Below, in pieces: positions 17,338 to 27,940 of a stretch of DNA of 64,000 nt. Made by a program: the position numbers and the translations under genes. Location: contig JBGQMY010000003.1 in NCBI GenBank assembly GCA_041500865.1, positions 6,728 through 70,727 of the forward strand, given 5' to 3'. This stretch comes from Candidatus Micrarchaeia archaeon. Lineage in GTDB: Archaea > Micrarchaeota > Micrarchaeia > Anstonellales > J096. The notes beneath the pieces were generated by a model. That model had not been told where the DNA came from. It searched no databases and saw nothing but the letters and a program-made list of their open reading frames with translations. Within the stretch, counting starts at the first letter, position 1; each line of letters opens with the position of its first letter.

Positions 17338-18345
17338 GTGGTTGCAATGCCGTGCATAAAGGTGGAAAAACTGAAGGCGGAGAAGGCCATAAGGAGCCTG
17401 GCGGCAAAGGGCCTGATTGACATGTCCTTCTCAGTCATGCATGACAAAAGCCACGTTTATATTCCTGTAAAGGAAAAAATCAGAGGATACGCATACTCAA
17501 TGAAAAGGCCAAGGCCAAGAAAAGCGGGGCCGCGCAACCTTTCAGAGGCGCTTGGATTGCAGGGCGTGAAAGCCAAGAACGCGCTGTCCTCGTTTGACCT
17601 GCTTGGCAACATTGCGGTCGTGGAGCTGCCGAAAGGCATGGACGCAAAAAAGGCAGCAAAGGCCATCATGTCAATCCATAAGAACATAGAGGCAGTTTAT
17701 GCAAAAAAAGGCGGCATGGAAGGGAAATACCGGGTAAGGAAGTTCAGGCTGATTGGGGGAAAGGGGAAGAGCGTCGCAAGATACAGGGAAAACGGCGTGG
17801 CAATGGAGTTTGACGTAAAAAAGGTGTTCTTCTCGCCAAGGCTTTCAACAGAAAGGAAAAGGGTCGCCGGCCTTGTAGGAGAAAACGAGAGCGTGCTCGT
17901 GCTTTTTGCGGGCGTCGGGCCTTTTGCGCTATGCGTGGCAAAGGAAAGGCCAGCAGCGAAAGTGATAGGCATAGAGCTTAACGCAGAGGCTGTCAAATGG
18001 TTCAAAAGGAACATCAAACTGAACAAGCTGGGCAACGTTGAAGCCGTGCTGGGCGACGTGAAAAAGGAGCTTGCCAAAAGGGAATATGCGGGATGGGCGG
18101 ACAGGATTGTCATGCCGCTGCCCAAGGATGCGGAGCGCTTCCTGAAGGATGCAGGAAAGGCGTCAAAAAAGGGGACAATAATCCATTTCTACACGTTCGT
18201 GGACGCGAAAAGGCCGCTGGAGCACGCAAAGGAAAAGATAAAGGCCAATCTGGAAAGGCCTTTCAGGATAATCCAGGCCAGGAAGGTCAGGGACTACTCG
18301 CCAAAAACCGTGCAGGTCGTGGCTGATATAGAGATCCTGGGCTAG
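17338..18345 (+). CDS. tRNA (m1G37) methyltransferase Trm5/Tyw2 family
   Basis: SAM MTase motifs 'VLVLFAGVGPFALCVAK', 'VIGIELNAEAV', 'RIVMPLP'; 13 nt downstream of a tRNA gene. Confidence 0.6.
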   Translation: MVAMPCIKVEKLKAEKAIRSLAAKGLIDMSFSVMHDKSHVYIPVKEKIRGYAYSMKRPRPRKAGPRNLSEALGLQGVKAKNALSSFDLLGNIAVVELPKGMDAKKAAKAIMSIHKNIEAVYAKKGGMEGKYRVRKFRLIGGKGKSVARYRENGVAMEFDVKKVFFSPRLSTERKRVAGLVGENESVLVLFAGVGPFALCVAKERPAAKVIGIELNAEAVKWFKRNIKLNKLGNVEAVLGDVKKELAKREYAGWADRIVMPLPKDAERFLKDAGKASKKGTIIHFYTFVDAKRPLEHAKEKIKANLERPFRIIQARKVRDYSPKTVQVVADIEILG

Positions 18346-18618
18346 TCTGGCACTGGCACCTTTTGGCTGGCATGGGGCTGGGGTGTGCGTTCAAAATGGC
18401 AGCAAACGCAAGGTTAGAAGGAAAGCGTCACGCCCTTCTTCTTTTCAACCGTTCCCTCGCATCCCATGTCCTCCAGGTCCTTCATGTCCTTGAGCGTCAT
18501 GCTTTCTATTGAAATTCTCATCATGGTCACCAATGAATGCTCCGGATTCCTTGTTTATAAAGAAGGGCAGACCTCATTGCCAGAAGCCCAGGATGATGGG
18601 CGCTATGCCGAAATGATA

Positions 18619-19743
18619 CTATTGTTCTTTATTGCCGTCGACCTCTGGATTGCGCAGCGTGGTGTTTCCGTCAAGCCCGTCTATCTCGACGCTTGCCCTG
18701 GTAGACATCCTGGCGCTCACAAAGTCACCCAGCCGCTTCAGCGGCGCCTTTTCGGCGGCTTTGAACATCTCCTGCTGTATTGCCCCGTCCACCCAGGCGT
18801 TTATCTGCTCCCAATCGCCCTTGTCAATTGCCCTGGCGATGGCAGGGGCCTCCTTTTTCACATCGTTGATATAGCGGCACTTGGCTTCTAATTCAATGAC
18901 CTTGAACCTTATGAAGGCGAGCCTCTTGTTGACTTCGCCCTCCTCCCACCCCATTATGGACTTTATCTTGTCGTTCACTGCATTCATTATCTTCCTTATT
19001 CTCCTGTTGACGAAGAAGTCCATGAGCTTCCCTGTGGTGAAAAGGACCGTGGAAACGACGAACGCCCCTGTCCCGAGGACCATGGCCACATTGCTGCTTC
19101 CGGCCACTTTCTCAACTACGTCCCTCAGGTTTGACGCGAATGCTGCGGTCGTCACGCCAAGCGAGGCGGATATTGCGCTTAGGTACGTCATTATCCTTGG
19201 CCAGGACTTTTTTGAAAGGAATTCGTTGGCATAGGCTATGTCCTTTGACTGCTGTTTCTTAAGCACGTCTATCTCGCAGTCGGCGCTTTCCCTTATGTCT
19301 TTTATAGTGTAAAGCTCGCTCATTATCATTGAGTATACCGTTGAGACAAACTTGAAGTCCTTGAGCGCATTGTATCCCATGCCGATCAGTTCGTGGTTTA
19401 TCGTCTCAAGCCCGCAAATCCTCGCGTTTATCTCCTTTAGCGCGTTTGGTATGCTGTCGCAGTTGAACACCTGGTGGGCTTCTGCCATTATGTTGGATAT
19501 GAACCACGGCGCATCGTACTTGTCCTTTGCTATTATTGAATTTAATATGATTTTCAGCTTTGTGTCATCGTCTATGAGTTTACTTATGACCTGGTTTTCC
19601 TCGCACTTGGTGTAAACGCTGAGAAGCACGTCATTGGCATTTTTCTGGAAAACGCTGCGCCTGTCCTTTGCGCTGAACTTTCTGGTGTACTTTAGCCTTC
19701 TGGGCTTTTCCTGAGGGCCCTGGTTTTCTGCCATTTGCGCCAC
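18619..19743 (-). CDS. hypothetical protein with central TM helix
   Basis: 374-aa ORF; one hydrophobic segment (VAMVLGTGAFVVSTVLF); no known domain recognised. Confidence 0.45.
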   Translation of the reverse strand: MAQMAENQGPQEKPRRLKYTRKFSAKDRRSVFQKNANDVLLSVYTKCEENQVISKLIDDDTKLKIILNSIIAKDKYDAPWFISNIMAEAHQVFNCDSIPNALKEINARICGLETINHELIGMGYNALKDFKFVSTVYSMIMSELYTIKDIRESADCEIDVLKKQQSKDIAYANEFLSKKSWPRIMTYLSAISASLGVTTAAFASNLRDVVEKVAGSSNVAMVLGTGAFVVSTVLFTTGKLMDFFVNRRIRKIMNAVNDKIKSIMGWEEGEVNKRLAFIRFKVIELEAKCRYINDVKKEAPAIARAIDKGDWEQINAWVDGAIQQEMFKAAEKAPLKRLGDFVSARMSTRASVEIDGLDGNTTLRNPEVDGNKEQ

Positions 19744-19807
19744 CTGTGATATATTGTGGTCAATAGGGTATTTAAATGGAGACTATCCGACGGAAAAAGC
19801 CCTTTGC

Positions 19808-21097
19808 CTAAGGCGAAATCCTTGTCCTGTCCCTTGGGAACAGCATGGCCTCCCTTATGTTAGGGAGGTTGAGCGCCTTCATAGTCAGCCTTTCAAGGCC
19901 AAGGCTCCAGCCTGCATGCGGCGGCGCCCCATAGCGGAATGAATCAATGTAGAACCCAAAATCCGCAGGCTCAAGGCCCCTTTTCTTTAGCTGCGTTTCA
20001 AGCATGGCAGGCACGTGAATCCTCTGCGCGCCGCTGCTTATCTCCAGGCCCTTGTACATTAGGTCAAACGACTTGCAGATTTCCGGGTTGTCCTCTTTGG
20101 GCATTGAGTAGAACGCCCTTATCGCTGTCGGGAACTCGCTTATGACATATGCGTCCTCGTTGAGTATCTCGAATATCCTCTTCTCGTGCTCCTTTGAGAA
20201 GTCCTCGCCCCATTTGATTTTAACGTTATTTTCATTGAGCAGGTCTATCGTCTCTGTGTAGGTATACTCCTTGACGTTTTTTACCTCATGGATTTCCGGG
20301 TTGACTGACTTGGCTGGCCCGAACTCGGACGCCTTCTTGATAATATACTTGAACGCGTCAACTAGGCATTTTATGGCCATCTTGTCGTCGCAGAAGCCCA
20401 TTTCGCAGTCCATCTGCACAATCTCGTTCAGGTGGTATATGGTGTTGTGCTTCTCTGCCCTGAACACGGGCATCGTCATGAACACCTTTTCAAGGCCGCC
20501 GACAACTGCCATCTGCTTGTACAGCTGCGGGCTTTGCGCAAGGAAGGCCTTGTTCTCGAAATACTGGACCTCGAACACGTCCGCCCCGCCCTCGGTGGCG
20601 GCCCCTACAAGCGTAGTCGGATGGATTTCAACGAACCCGTTTGAGAGCATGAAGTCCCTGAACGCAGTGACTATGACTGACTTTGTCCTGAATATTGAAC
20701 TTACGCCTTCGCTCCTCAGGTCTATGAACCTGTAGTTGAGCCTTGTGTCTATCTCGGACGGAACGACCCCCGTAGGGTCAACAGGCAGCTTCCTTTCCAC
20801 TTTTGAAAGCACGCTCATGTCGGAAAGGACTATTTCAACGCCGTCCGGCGCTATGCTGTTTTTTGAGACAATGCCTTCAACGAAAATTACGTCCTCCTTG
20901 TTTACGTTAGTTTTTGAAAAGACGTCATCGCCAACGTCGTTCTTCTTTGCAATGACCTGGACCTTCCCTGTCCAGTCCCTCAGAAGTATGAACGCAAGCT
21001 TGCCCATCCTCCTTGTTTCGTGCACGTAGCCGGAGACTGCAACCTTGGAACCGGGTTTCAGCTTGGCCTCGGCGACCGGGATACGGGACGACAGCAT
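19808..21097 (-). CDS. aspS: aspartyl-tRNA synthetase (archaeal type, class IIb)
   Basis: 429 aa; N-terminal OB anticodon-binding domain, class II motifs incl. 'GAPPHAGWSLGLERL'. Confidence 0.9.
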   Translation of the reverse strand: MLSSRIPVAEAKLKPGSKVAVSGYVHETRRMGKLAFILLRDWTGKVQVIAKKNDVGDDVFSKTNVNKEDVIFVEGIVSKNSIAPDGVEIVLSDMSVLSKVERKLPVDPTGVVPSEIDTRLNYRFIDLRSEGVSSIFRTKSVIVTAFRDFMLSNGFVEIHPTTLVGAATEGGADVFEVQYFENKAFLAQSPQLYKQMAVVGGLEKVFMTMPVFRAEKHNTIYHLNEIVQMDCEMGFCDDKMAIKCLVDAFKYIIKKASEFGPAKSVNPEIHEVKNVKEYTYTETIDLLNENNVKIKWGEDFSKEHEKRIFEILNEDAYVISEFPTAIRAFYSMPKEDNPEICKSFDLMYKGLEISSGAQRIHVPAMLETQLKKRGLEPADFGFYIDSFRYGAPPHAGWSLGLERLTMKALNLPNIREAMLFPRDRTRISP

Positions 21098-21101
21098 CTA
21101 A

Positions 21102-21440
21102 TCACAGCTTCTTTGGCGCTTGCCTCTTCTCCTCCTTTTTCTCCTCTTTCTTTTCCTCTTCCTTTATGAAGCCGTTCCTCTTGAGTATGTATTTCGGCTC
21201 AACGGCCATCATGATGTCCGCATCGCTGTATGCGTAGGCTATCACGGTAGCCTTCCTTTCGCCGGCATGCTGGTTTATGGACTTCAGCACAAGGGTGTCC
21301 GGAAGCACGCCAGTCTTCAGCACTATGGCCTCCTTGACCTCTTCCTTCTTTGGAGTCGTCTTCTCGTACGCTATCTCAAAGACGAATTCCTTCCTCCCGA
21401 TGACCTTGTTCTCAGATTTCGCTATTATGTCTATGTTCAT
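21102..21440 (-). CDS. rps24e: 30S ribosomal protein S24e
   Basis: 'NKVIGRKEFVFEI…TTPKKEEVKE…EPKYILKRNG' matches S24e family; Lys/Glu-rich tail. Confidence 0.75.
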   Translation of the reverse strand: MNIDIIAKSENKVIGRKEFVFEIAYEKTTPKKEEVKEAIVLKTGVLPDTLVLKSINQHAGERKATVIAYAYSDADIMMAVEPKYILKRNGFIKEEEKKEEKKEEKRQAPKKL

Positions 21441-21444
21441 GGAA

Positions 21445-21846
21445 TCAATCCCCCTTGAAGACGCGCACTATGGCCTTTCTGCCCATGGACTCCATGACTT
21501 CAACGTCCCTGCCTTCAACGACCTCTGCCTTGAGGTCTTCCGGAACGTATGCCTCGAACATCTCTAACGTGTCCTTGTTCATGAGCTGGACGGTGTCCCC
21601 GCTTACGCTTATGACCTGCGCATTGTACTTGTTTATTACGGGAACGTGGACTTCGCCGTCGCTGCTGGTAAGGAAGTTCTTCTTCTGCCCGTCAAAGATG
21701 CCTATTGCGACTATCCTCATCTTCGCCGCGCCGTGCTTGCCGGGCTTTGAGACGTCTATGCTCACGACCCTGCACGGTATGTCGTCTATTATGATATACC
21801 TGCCGGGCTTTAGGTCCTTTGCCGAGCCGAAGTTGAAATCCGACAT
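21445..21846 (-). CDS. eif5a: translation initiation factor 5A (aIF5A)
   Basis: Hypusination loop 'SKPGKHGAAK'; 133 aa. Confidence 0.85.
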   Translation of the reverse strand: MSDFNFGSAKDLKPGRYIIIDDIPCRVVSIDVSKPGKHGAAKMRIVAIGIFDGQKKNFLTSSDGEVHVPVINKYNAQVISVSGDTVQLMNKDTLEMFEAYVPEDLKAEVVEGRDVEVMESMGRKAIVRVFKGD

Positions 21847-21887
21847 CCTAACACCAGTTTTTGCTAAAAAGGAAAGGGCTGAATCTT

Positions 21888-22196
21888 TCAGCCGAAAAGG
21901 TTCGCAAGGCCTGCCGCAGCCTCCTCTTCCTTCTTTCCCTCGTCCTTCTTCTCCTCCTTCGGCTTTTCCGCCGCAGGCGCAGCCGCAGCCGCAGGCGCAG
22001 CCGCAACCGCCGTTGCCGCCTTGAGAAGATCCTCGAAGTTCACGCCCTTGCAGGCGTCCGCGAGCACCTTTGCCCTGGCCTGGTCGGCTTCTGCGCCGGC
22101 CGCCTTCAGTATTGACACTATTCCGTCAGCGCTAACGTCCTTTCCCGCCCCGTGAAGGACGAGAACCGCATGCAAATATGGATCCACTTTTGTCAT
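21888..22196 (-). CDS. rpl12: 50S ribosomal stalk protein L12/P1
   Basis: Ala/Glu/Lys-rich hinge and terminal 'GLANLFG'. Confidence 0.85.
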   Translation of the reverse strand: MTKVDPYLHAVLVLHGAGKDVSADGIVSILKAAGAEADQARAKVLADACKGVNFEDLLKAATAVAAAPAAAAAPAAEKPKEEKKDEGKKEEEAAAGLANLFG

Positions 22197-22214
22197 TTCA
22201 ATCTACCTCTTTTT

Positions 22215-23159
22215 TTAGCCACCACTCTGTTTCTCAATTGACTTGAGAGCGTTACCCTGTGAAAATGCCTTTGCCAAAAGCTCAGGCATCACCCCTTCCG
22301 AATATGCCCCTGGATTCATCCCGATGCTCCTTCCCTGCCTCATCGCGTTCGTAAGCAGGAACGCCACGTTGGATTCGGTCGGATAGCTGGCGTTTATGCT
22401 CATGCTGAAGCCCTGCGCAAGCGCCTCCTTGAGGCCTTCCGCAAGCTGCTCAGCCCCTAGCCCGAGCACGTCAGCATTGAAGATTATCTTTCCGTCAAAC
22501 GCTTTCCATATGGTCAATCCGACCTTGAACGGCTTGATGCCCAGCATCTGGAGCGCCTGCACCTTTTCTTGCGTTAGCGTTGCGCCTTCCTTGGCCAGCA
22601 CGCTGTCTGCCGAAACCGCTATCTTTCCCTTGTCGACTTTGACGTTCAGGCCGGCCTGTTTCAGCTGCGTGAGCGCAGGGCCAGGCGGCATGTCCGTCTC
22701 CCCTGCCGGTATCACTATGTCAAACGGCGCCTTGTCGCCCGGCTTTGCGGCAACGCTGAGCATGTTGCCCATGAACATGTTGCTTATCTCGTATGGCGAA
22801 AGCTCGTTCGCCGCTATCAGGGCGACCGGGAAGTTTATGTCCGCATAAAGCTCCTTGGGCGCATTGCACTGCTCGAGCGCCCTTTTCACTATCGCGAGCT
22901 TCGCTATTTTGAACAGTGCGCCGTGCTTTTCCTTCAGCTTCCTCCTTACCTGCTGCACGAGCTTGTCGGGCGTCTTGGAAAGGTTGAGCAGCACTATTAT
23001 CTTCCTTTTCTTCAGCTCGTTGGCCATGTCCTTGACAGCGTTCTGCTTGTCCCTTATGGCCTTCCTCTCCTTCTTTTCTTTTGCAATGTCTTTGACTGCG
23101 CTTTGTTTGTCCGCTTTCTTCTCCTTCGTTTCCTTTGAACTTGAGACCTTGGCTGCCAT
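22215..23159 (-). CDS. rpl10: 50S ribosomal protein L10 (P0) with Lys-rich duplicated N-terminal extension
   Basis: P0 core from '…ANELKKRKIIVLLNL…'; preceded by two copies of 'DKQxAVKDxAxExKxRK'. Confidence 0.85.
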   Translation of the reverse strand: MAAKVSSSKETKEKKADKQSAVKDIAKEKKERKAIRDKQNAVKDMANELKKRKIIVLLNLSKTPDKLVQQVRRKLKEKHGALFKIAKLAIVKRALEQCNAPKELYADINFPVALIAANELSPYEISNMFMGNMLSVAAKPGDKAPFDIVIPAGETDMPPGPALTQLKQAGLNVKVDKGKIAVSADSVLAKEGATLTQEKVQALQMLGIKPFKVGLTIWKAFDGKIIFNADVLGLGAEQLAEGLKEALAQGFSMSINASYPTESNVAFLLTNAMRQGRSIGMNPGAYSEGVMPELLAKAFSQGNALKSIEKQSGG

Positions 23160-23792
23160 CTAGACCACCTTCTGCGGCTTGCCCATGCTGAGCTTGAAGT
23201 ATACGCTCCTGACGTTGCCTGTCGGTATCTTCTTCGTGACTGCGTCGAAAATCGTCCTTGCGTTCGCCATTGCGTCATCTATCTCCATTTTCTCAGTCCC
23301 TATGGGCGCCTGCACCGTCGGCAGGTACTTCCCTTTCGTTTGGACCTGCACGTTGTTCCTCGTTCCGTCAATCGCCTTCTTCACGTCGCCCGGAATCGGT
23401 ATCGGGTTCTTTCCCCTTGGGCCCAAAATCTTTGCCCAGTTCTTGGCAACCATGCCGATGAACTTCGGCTCAACCAGGAACAGGTGGTCCTTTGCCAGCT
23501 TCTTCACTTCCTTTTTGCTGAAGGACTCAATCTGGTCTGCTGAGACCGTCGCTTCCGCGCCGGCCTTCTTTGCCTCGTGCACCGTAAGCTCGGAGCCTAT
23601 GACAACGACCTTGTTCGGCTTGCCCTTGCCTTTCGGCAGCGGCAGGTTGACGTTGAGCCTGTTTTCCGGCTTTGAGAAGTCGATTGCCCTGAAGTTTATT
23701 ATCATTTCCAGGGACTGCTCAAACTTCCGCTTGCCCTTTTCCTCGAGGGCCTTGGATATGCATTCCTTGACCTTTTCGTCTTTCCAGTCCAT
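23160..23792 (-). CDS. rpl1: 50S ribosomal protein L1
   Basis: 210 aa, L1 family; abuts P0 gene (L1-P0-L12 cluster). Confidence 0.85.
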   Translation of the reverse strand: MDWKDEKVKECISKALEEKGKRKFEQSLEMIINFRAIDFSKPENRLNVNLPLPKGKGKPNKVVVIGSELTVHEAKKAGAEATVSADQIESFSKKEVKKLAKDHLFLVEPKFIGMVAKNWAKILGPRGKNPIPIPGDVKKAIDGTRNNVQVQTKGKYLPTVQAPIGTEKMEIDDAMANARTIFDAVTKKIPTGNVRSVYFKLSMGKPQKVV

Positions 23793-23984
23793 GTTAATCT
23801 CCCTCCCACAACCCCAAAAAGAACCTCGTTCTTTTTCGCTGAAGCCTTTTTCAAAAAAAGGCTTCCTGTGGTTAAACGGGCATTAGGAGAGATTGAGCGA
23901 AAAGTTTAAAAATGGAGACGTTACCCTAGGCAGGCCCTTTTTCTTCGCAAAGAAAAAGCCCCTGGGGAAAACGACCCCTTTCCT

Positions 23985-24557
23985 TTATTCCTTGGCGCCG
24001 ACCTGCTTCAGGAGATTGACTATTTCGGCGTTCCCATCGGATTCAGCATATATAAGTATAGTGTAACCGTTTTCGTCCTTTGCGTTGACGTCCGCGCCTT
24101 TGTCTATCAGCAGGCTAACTACATCAGTATGCTTCTTTACTACAGCCCACATGAGCGCGGTGTAACCGTGATTGGTTTTTGCGTTGACGTCCGCGCCTTT
24201 GTCTATCAGCAGCTTGGTGATATTAGTGTTCCCACCATATGCAGCCTGCATGAGCGCGGTGTAACCGTTTTCGTCCTTTGTGTTAACGTCCGCGCCTTTG
24301 TCTATCAGCAGGCTAACTACATCATTATTCCCAAAAGGTGCGGCATACATGAGCGCGGTCATGCCGGAACGATCTGTTGCGTTGACGTCCGCGCCTTTGT
24401 TGATTAAACTTTTCGCAAGGGCAGTATCGTTATGTTGAGTAGCGTTCAGTAACTCTGCAGTGTAATTCTCCTGCCCTGTCGGTTGATTGTTTGTCTGTCC
24501 CAAGCACCCGAAAAGCAGTACTAATCCAAGAACGATTGCCAATATCGCAGTTCTCAT
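23985..24557 (-). CDS. secreted/lipoprotein-like ankyrin-repeat protein
   Basis: Signal peptide with lipobox-like 'LLFGC'; 4-5 ANK repeats; no Cys tail. Confidence 0.75.
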   Translation of the reverse strand: MRTAILAIVLGLVLLFGCLGQTNNQPTGQENYTAELLNATQHNDTALAKSLINKGADVNATDRSGMTALMYAAPFGNNDVVSLLIDKGADVNTKDENGYTALMQAAYGGNTNITKLLIDKGADVNAKTNHGYTALMWAVVKKHTDVVSLLIDKGADVNAKDENGYTILIYAESDGNAEIVNLLKQVGAKE

Positions 24558-24795
24558 GCTTCCTATAATCTAATATAAACATATAAATCCATTGTGCATG
24601 CCTATTTTAGCAACTTTGCGTATTTACCAAGGGCTTCCTCTTTGCTTATCAGCCTGTGCTTGCCTTCCTTGAGCTCCTGGTCCATCCTTTGCATTTTCAG
24701 GACCGCAAGGCAATCCTTACTTTCTTTATTTGACTTCTTCATCAACTCCTCTTTTTTGGCAATCCCTTTTAAACCAAAGCCGGCAATGAAAATCC

Positions 24796-27387
24796 ATGCA
24801 GGCGCCAAGTGCCGGGCAGGCTTCGCAGCTTTCGTCTGAAACGCTCATCCGGATAGCCAGTATTGATGAAGCCCAGGCACTGAAGGCGCTGAACAGCAGG
24901 CCCGAAGGCCTTACCTCAAAAGAGGCAAAGGCAAGGCTCCTAAAATACGGGGAAAACAGGCCCATTGAAAGCAAAAGGAAGGGCATGCTCTCAAGGATAA
25001 TCGACGTCCTCAAGGACCCGCTCATACTGCTTCTTTCCTTCATGGCAATCCTTTCCTTCCTGACCGGGGACATGAAAGCCGCTGCCGTAATCGCGGCCAT
25101 GGTTCTTATGAGCTCGGCATTGAGGATGTCGCAGGAGCTCAAGGCTGACAATGCGGCGGAAAAGCTCAAGGAGATGGTGAAGACGACCGCGACCGTCCAC
25201 AGGGACGGTGTAAAACAGGACATCCCCCTCCATCTTCTTGTCCCGGGCGACATCATCCACCTTTCGGCAGGCGACCTTGTGCCTGCTGACGTCAGGATGA
25301 TAAAGTCAAGGGACATCTTCGTCAACCAGTCCGCGCTTACCGGGGAGTCCCTGCCTGTGGAAAAGCACGCGCCGAAAATAACTCCGGGAAGCAACGCCCT
25401 TGAGCTTGGAAACATCTGCTTCATGGGGACAAACATCGAAAGCGGGATAGGCGACGCGGTTGTCGTTAACACCGGGACCAGGACGTATTTCAGCTCGATA
25501 GCGGAAAGCATAATGAAGGAAAGCCCAACCAGCTTCGAAACAGGCATAAGGAGCTATGCGATTTTCAACATCAAGCTCATCCTTGTCATGGCGCCGCTGG
25601 TGCTGCTGATAAACGGGATAACGAAAGGCGACTGGTTCGAGGCGTTCCTTTTCGCCCTTGCCGTGGTGATTGGGCTTGCGCCTGAAATGATGTCGATGAT
25701 AGTCAACGTCACGCTTGCGAACGGCGCGAACAGGATGGCCGAGAAGAAGGTCATAATAAAGAGGCTGCATTCCATACAGGACCTTGGCGCGATGGACGTC
25801 CTTTGCACAGACAAGACAGGGACGATAACCGAAGGGAGAATCGTCCTGGAAAAGCACCTGGATGTCGAAGGGAACGAGAACAACTTCAGGGTCCTTGAAT
25901 ACGCGTATCTCAACAGCGTCTACCAGACCGGCATGAAAAACGTGATGGACGATGCAATCCTCAAGCATGCCGAGCTTGAGCCAAAGCTGAAGGCAAGGCA
26001 GAACTTCAAAAAGATAGACGAGGTCACGTTTGACTTCGAAAGAAGAAGGATGAGCGTCATTGTCCAGGAGGGCGACAAAAACCCGCTGCTGATATGCAAG
26101 GGCGCGGTCGATGAGGTGCTAAGCGTCTGCGATTTGGCGGAAATGGGGGGGCGGAAGTTCAAGCTGGAGAAAGGGCACCTAATCAAGGCAAAGGGGATAG
26201 TGGATGGATTAAACAGCCAGGGGTTCAGGGTAATCGCGGTCGCATACAAGGAAACGGAAAAGGCGAAGAAGGCGTACAAAGTGGCGGACGAGTCCCGTCT
26301 TGTGCTTTCGGGCTTCATAGCCTTCCTTGACCCGCCCAAGGCATCGGCCATAGAGGCGATAAGGGAGCTGCATGAGCACGGGGTCCATGTGAAAATCCTG
26401 ACCGGCGACAGCGAGCTTGTCACGAAAAACATCTGCTCGAAGGTCGGGATACATGCCGAAAGGTTCCTTCTTGGAAATGACATAGAGAAGATGAACGACG
26501 AAAGGCTGGGGAAGGAGGTCGAGCATATCTCCATTTTCGCAAAGCTGCTGCCCAAGCACAAGGAGCGGATAATAAACGCTCTGAGGAAAAACGGCCACGT
26601 GGTCGGCTTCCTTGGGGACGGCATAAACGACGCGCCGGGCCTGAGGGCGTCCGACGTCGGAATCTCGGTCGATACGGCCGTGGACATAGCAAAGGAAACG
26701 TCAACAGTGATACTTCTGGAAAAGGACCTCACTGTCCTTGCCGAAGGGATAAGGCAGGGGAGGGGCGTGTTCGGGAACATCACCAAATACCTGAAGATGG
26801 CCGCAAGCTCCACGTTCGGCAACATGTTCAGCGTCGTCGGCGGAAGCATATTCCTGCCGTTCCTTCCGATGCTGCCCATACAGATACTGGTGAACAACCT
26901 ATTGTACGACTTTTCGCAGACGACGATACCAAGCGACGGGGTTGACAGGGAATGGCTCAAGAAGCCCAGGAAATGGACCCTTGACAATATCAAGAAGTTC
27001 ATCTTCATCATAGGGCCAATAAGCTCCATCTTTGACTTTCTTACGTTCTTCGCGATGTTTTACGTGTTCAACGCATGGGCCAGCCCCGCGCTTTTCCAGA
27101 CAGGGTGGTTCATAGAGTCGCTTTTCACCCAGACGCTGATAATACACGTCATAAGGACGAACAAAATACCGTTTTTGCAGAGCAGCGCAAGCTGGCAGGT
27201 GATAATCTCCACTTCGCTTGTGTGCCTTATCGGCGTTGCGCTTCCTTATTCGCCCATAGGCCCCGCATTGGGGTTCGTGCCTCTGCCAAGCGGCTATTGG
27301 GTTTTCCTTGGCATCACCATAGCGGCTTACCTGACGCTCACGCAGCTGATAAAGTCGTGGTTCGTGAAAAGGTTCGGGGAGGATTAG
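24796..27387 (+). CDS. mgtA: Mg2+-importing P-type ATPase (MgtA-like)
   Basis: 863 aa; 'CTDKTGTITEG' phosphorylation site, 'GDGINDAP', 'TGD' motifs, MgtA-type N-terminus. Confidence 0.9.
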   Translation: MQAPSAGQASQLSSETLIRIASIDEAQALKALNSRPEGLTSKEAKARLLKYGENRPIESKRKGMLSRIIDVLKDPLILLLSFMAILSFLTGDMKAAAVIAAMVLMSSALRMSQELKADNAAEKLKEMVKTTATVHRDGVKQDIPLHLLVPGDIIHLSAGDLVPADVRMIKSRDIFVNQSALTGESLPVEKHAPKITPGSNALELGNICFMGTNIESGIGDAVVVNTGTRTYFSSIAESIMKESPTSFETGIRSYAIFNIKLILVMAPLVLLINGITKGDWFEAFLFALAVVIGLAPEMMSMIVNVTLANGANRMAEKKVIIKRLHSIQDLGAMDVLCTDKTGTITEGRIVLEKHLDVEGNENNFRVLEYAYLNSVYQTGMKNVMDDAILKHAELEPKLKARQNFKKIDEVTFDFERRRMSVIVQEGDKNPLLICKGAVDEVLSVCDLAEMGGRKFKLEKGHLIKAKGIVDGLNSQGFRVIAVAYKETEKAKKAYKVADESRLVLSGFIAFLDPPKASAIEAIRELHEHGVHVKILTGDSELVTKNICSKVGIHAERFLLGNDIEKMNDERLGKEVEHISIFAKLLPKHKERIINALRKNGHVVGFLGDGINDAPGLRASDVGISVDTAVDIAKETSTVILLEKDLTVLAEGIRQGRGVFGNITKYLKMAASSTFGNMFSVVGGSIFLPFLPMLPIQILVNNLLYDFSQTTIPSDGVDREWLKKPRKWTLDNIKKFIFIIGPISSIFDFLTFFAMFYVFNAWASPALFQTGWFIESLFTQTLIIHVIRTNKIPFLQSSASWQVIISTSLVCLIGVALPYSPIGPALGFVPLPSGYWVFLGITIAAYLTLTQLIKSWFVKRFGED

Positions 27388-27870
27388 TCATTCAAACCTT
27401 TTCAGCGCATATTCCGCGCCGCTCTTTTCCAGCACGCACTCGAAATAGTGCTTGCCCCTGTTGACTATCATCCGCTCTATTATATGGACGTCGCTCGGGA
27501 TTATGCGGCCCTTCATTTCCGCCATCTTTCCAAGAGGATACCAGCCAAGCTTGCCTTCTGTTTCGGCCGATATCTCGGTTGTTTCTGGGGAAAGCTCGCA
27601 CACGTTGAGCAGGAAGTGCTGGACAACTGCGCCGTTCTCGACAAGGTGCTCCGAGACCAGGCCAAGATGGGACTTGAACACTGCCCTTATGCCGGACTCC
27701 TCGAAGATTTCCCTCACTGCGGCATCGGAAACATGCTCGCCCTTTTCCACCTTGCCTCCCGGAAGCCCGAGAAGGCCCACGTAGTCGCCCTTCTTCCTCT
27801 GGAGAAGCAGTATGTTCCTGTCATTGTCTATGAGAGCGGAAATGGCAATCGGAAGAGGATATTCTGGCAT
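27388..27870 (-). CDS. NUDIX hydrolase
   Basis: Nudix box 'GGKVEKGEHVSDAAVREIFEESG'. Confidence 0.8.
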   Translation of the reverse strand: MPEYPLPIAISALIDNDRNILLLQRKKGDYVGLLGLPGGKVEKGEHVSDAAVREIFEESGIRAVFKSHLGLVSEHLVENGAVVQHFLLNVCELSPETTEISAETEGKLGWYPLGKMAEMKGRIIPSDVHIIERMIVNRGKHYFECVLEKSGAEYALKRFE

Positions 27871-27940
27871 GATTCAGTATTGAGAATAAACAAATATAAA
27901 ACAGTATGAAAAATGGATTTTGGCAATGAAAAAATGCCCC

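Noticed and set aside
25306-27147. Minus-strand ORFs inside mgtA (25306..25968, 25920..27029, etc.)
   Set aside because: Antisense to a P-type ATPase with unambiguous catalytic motifs on the + strand.
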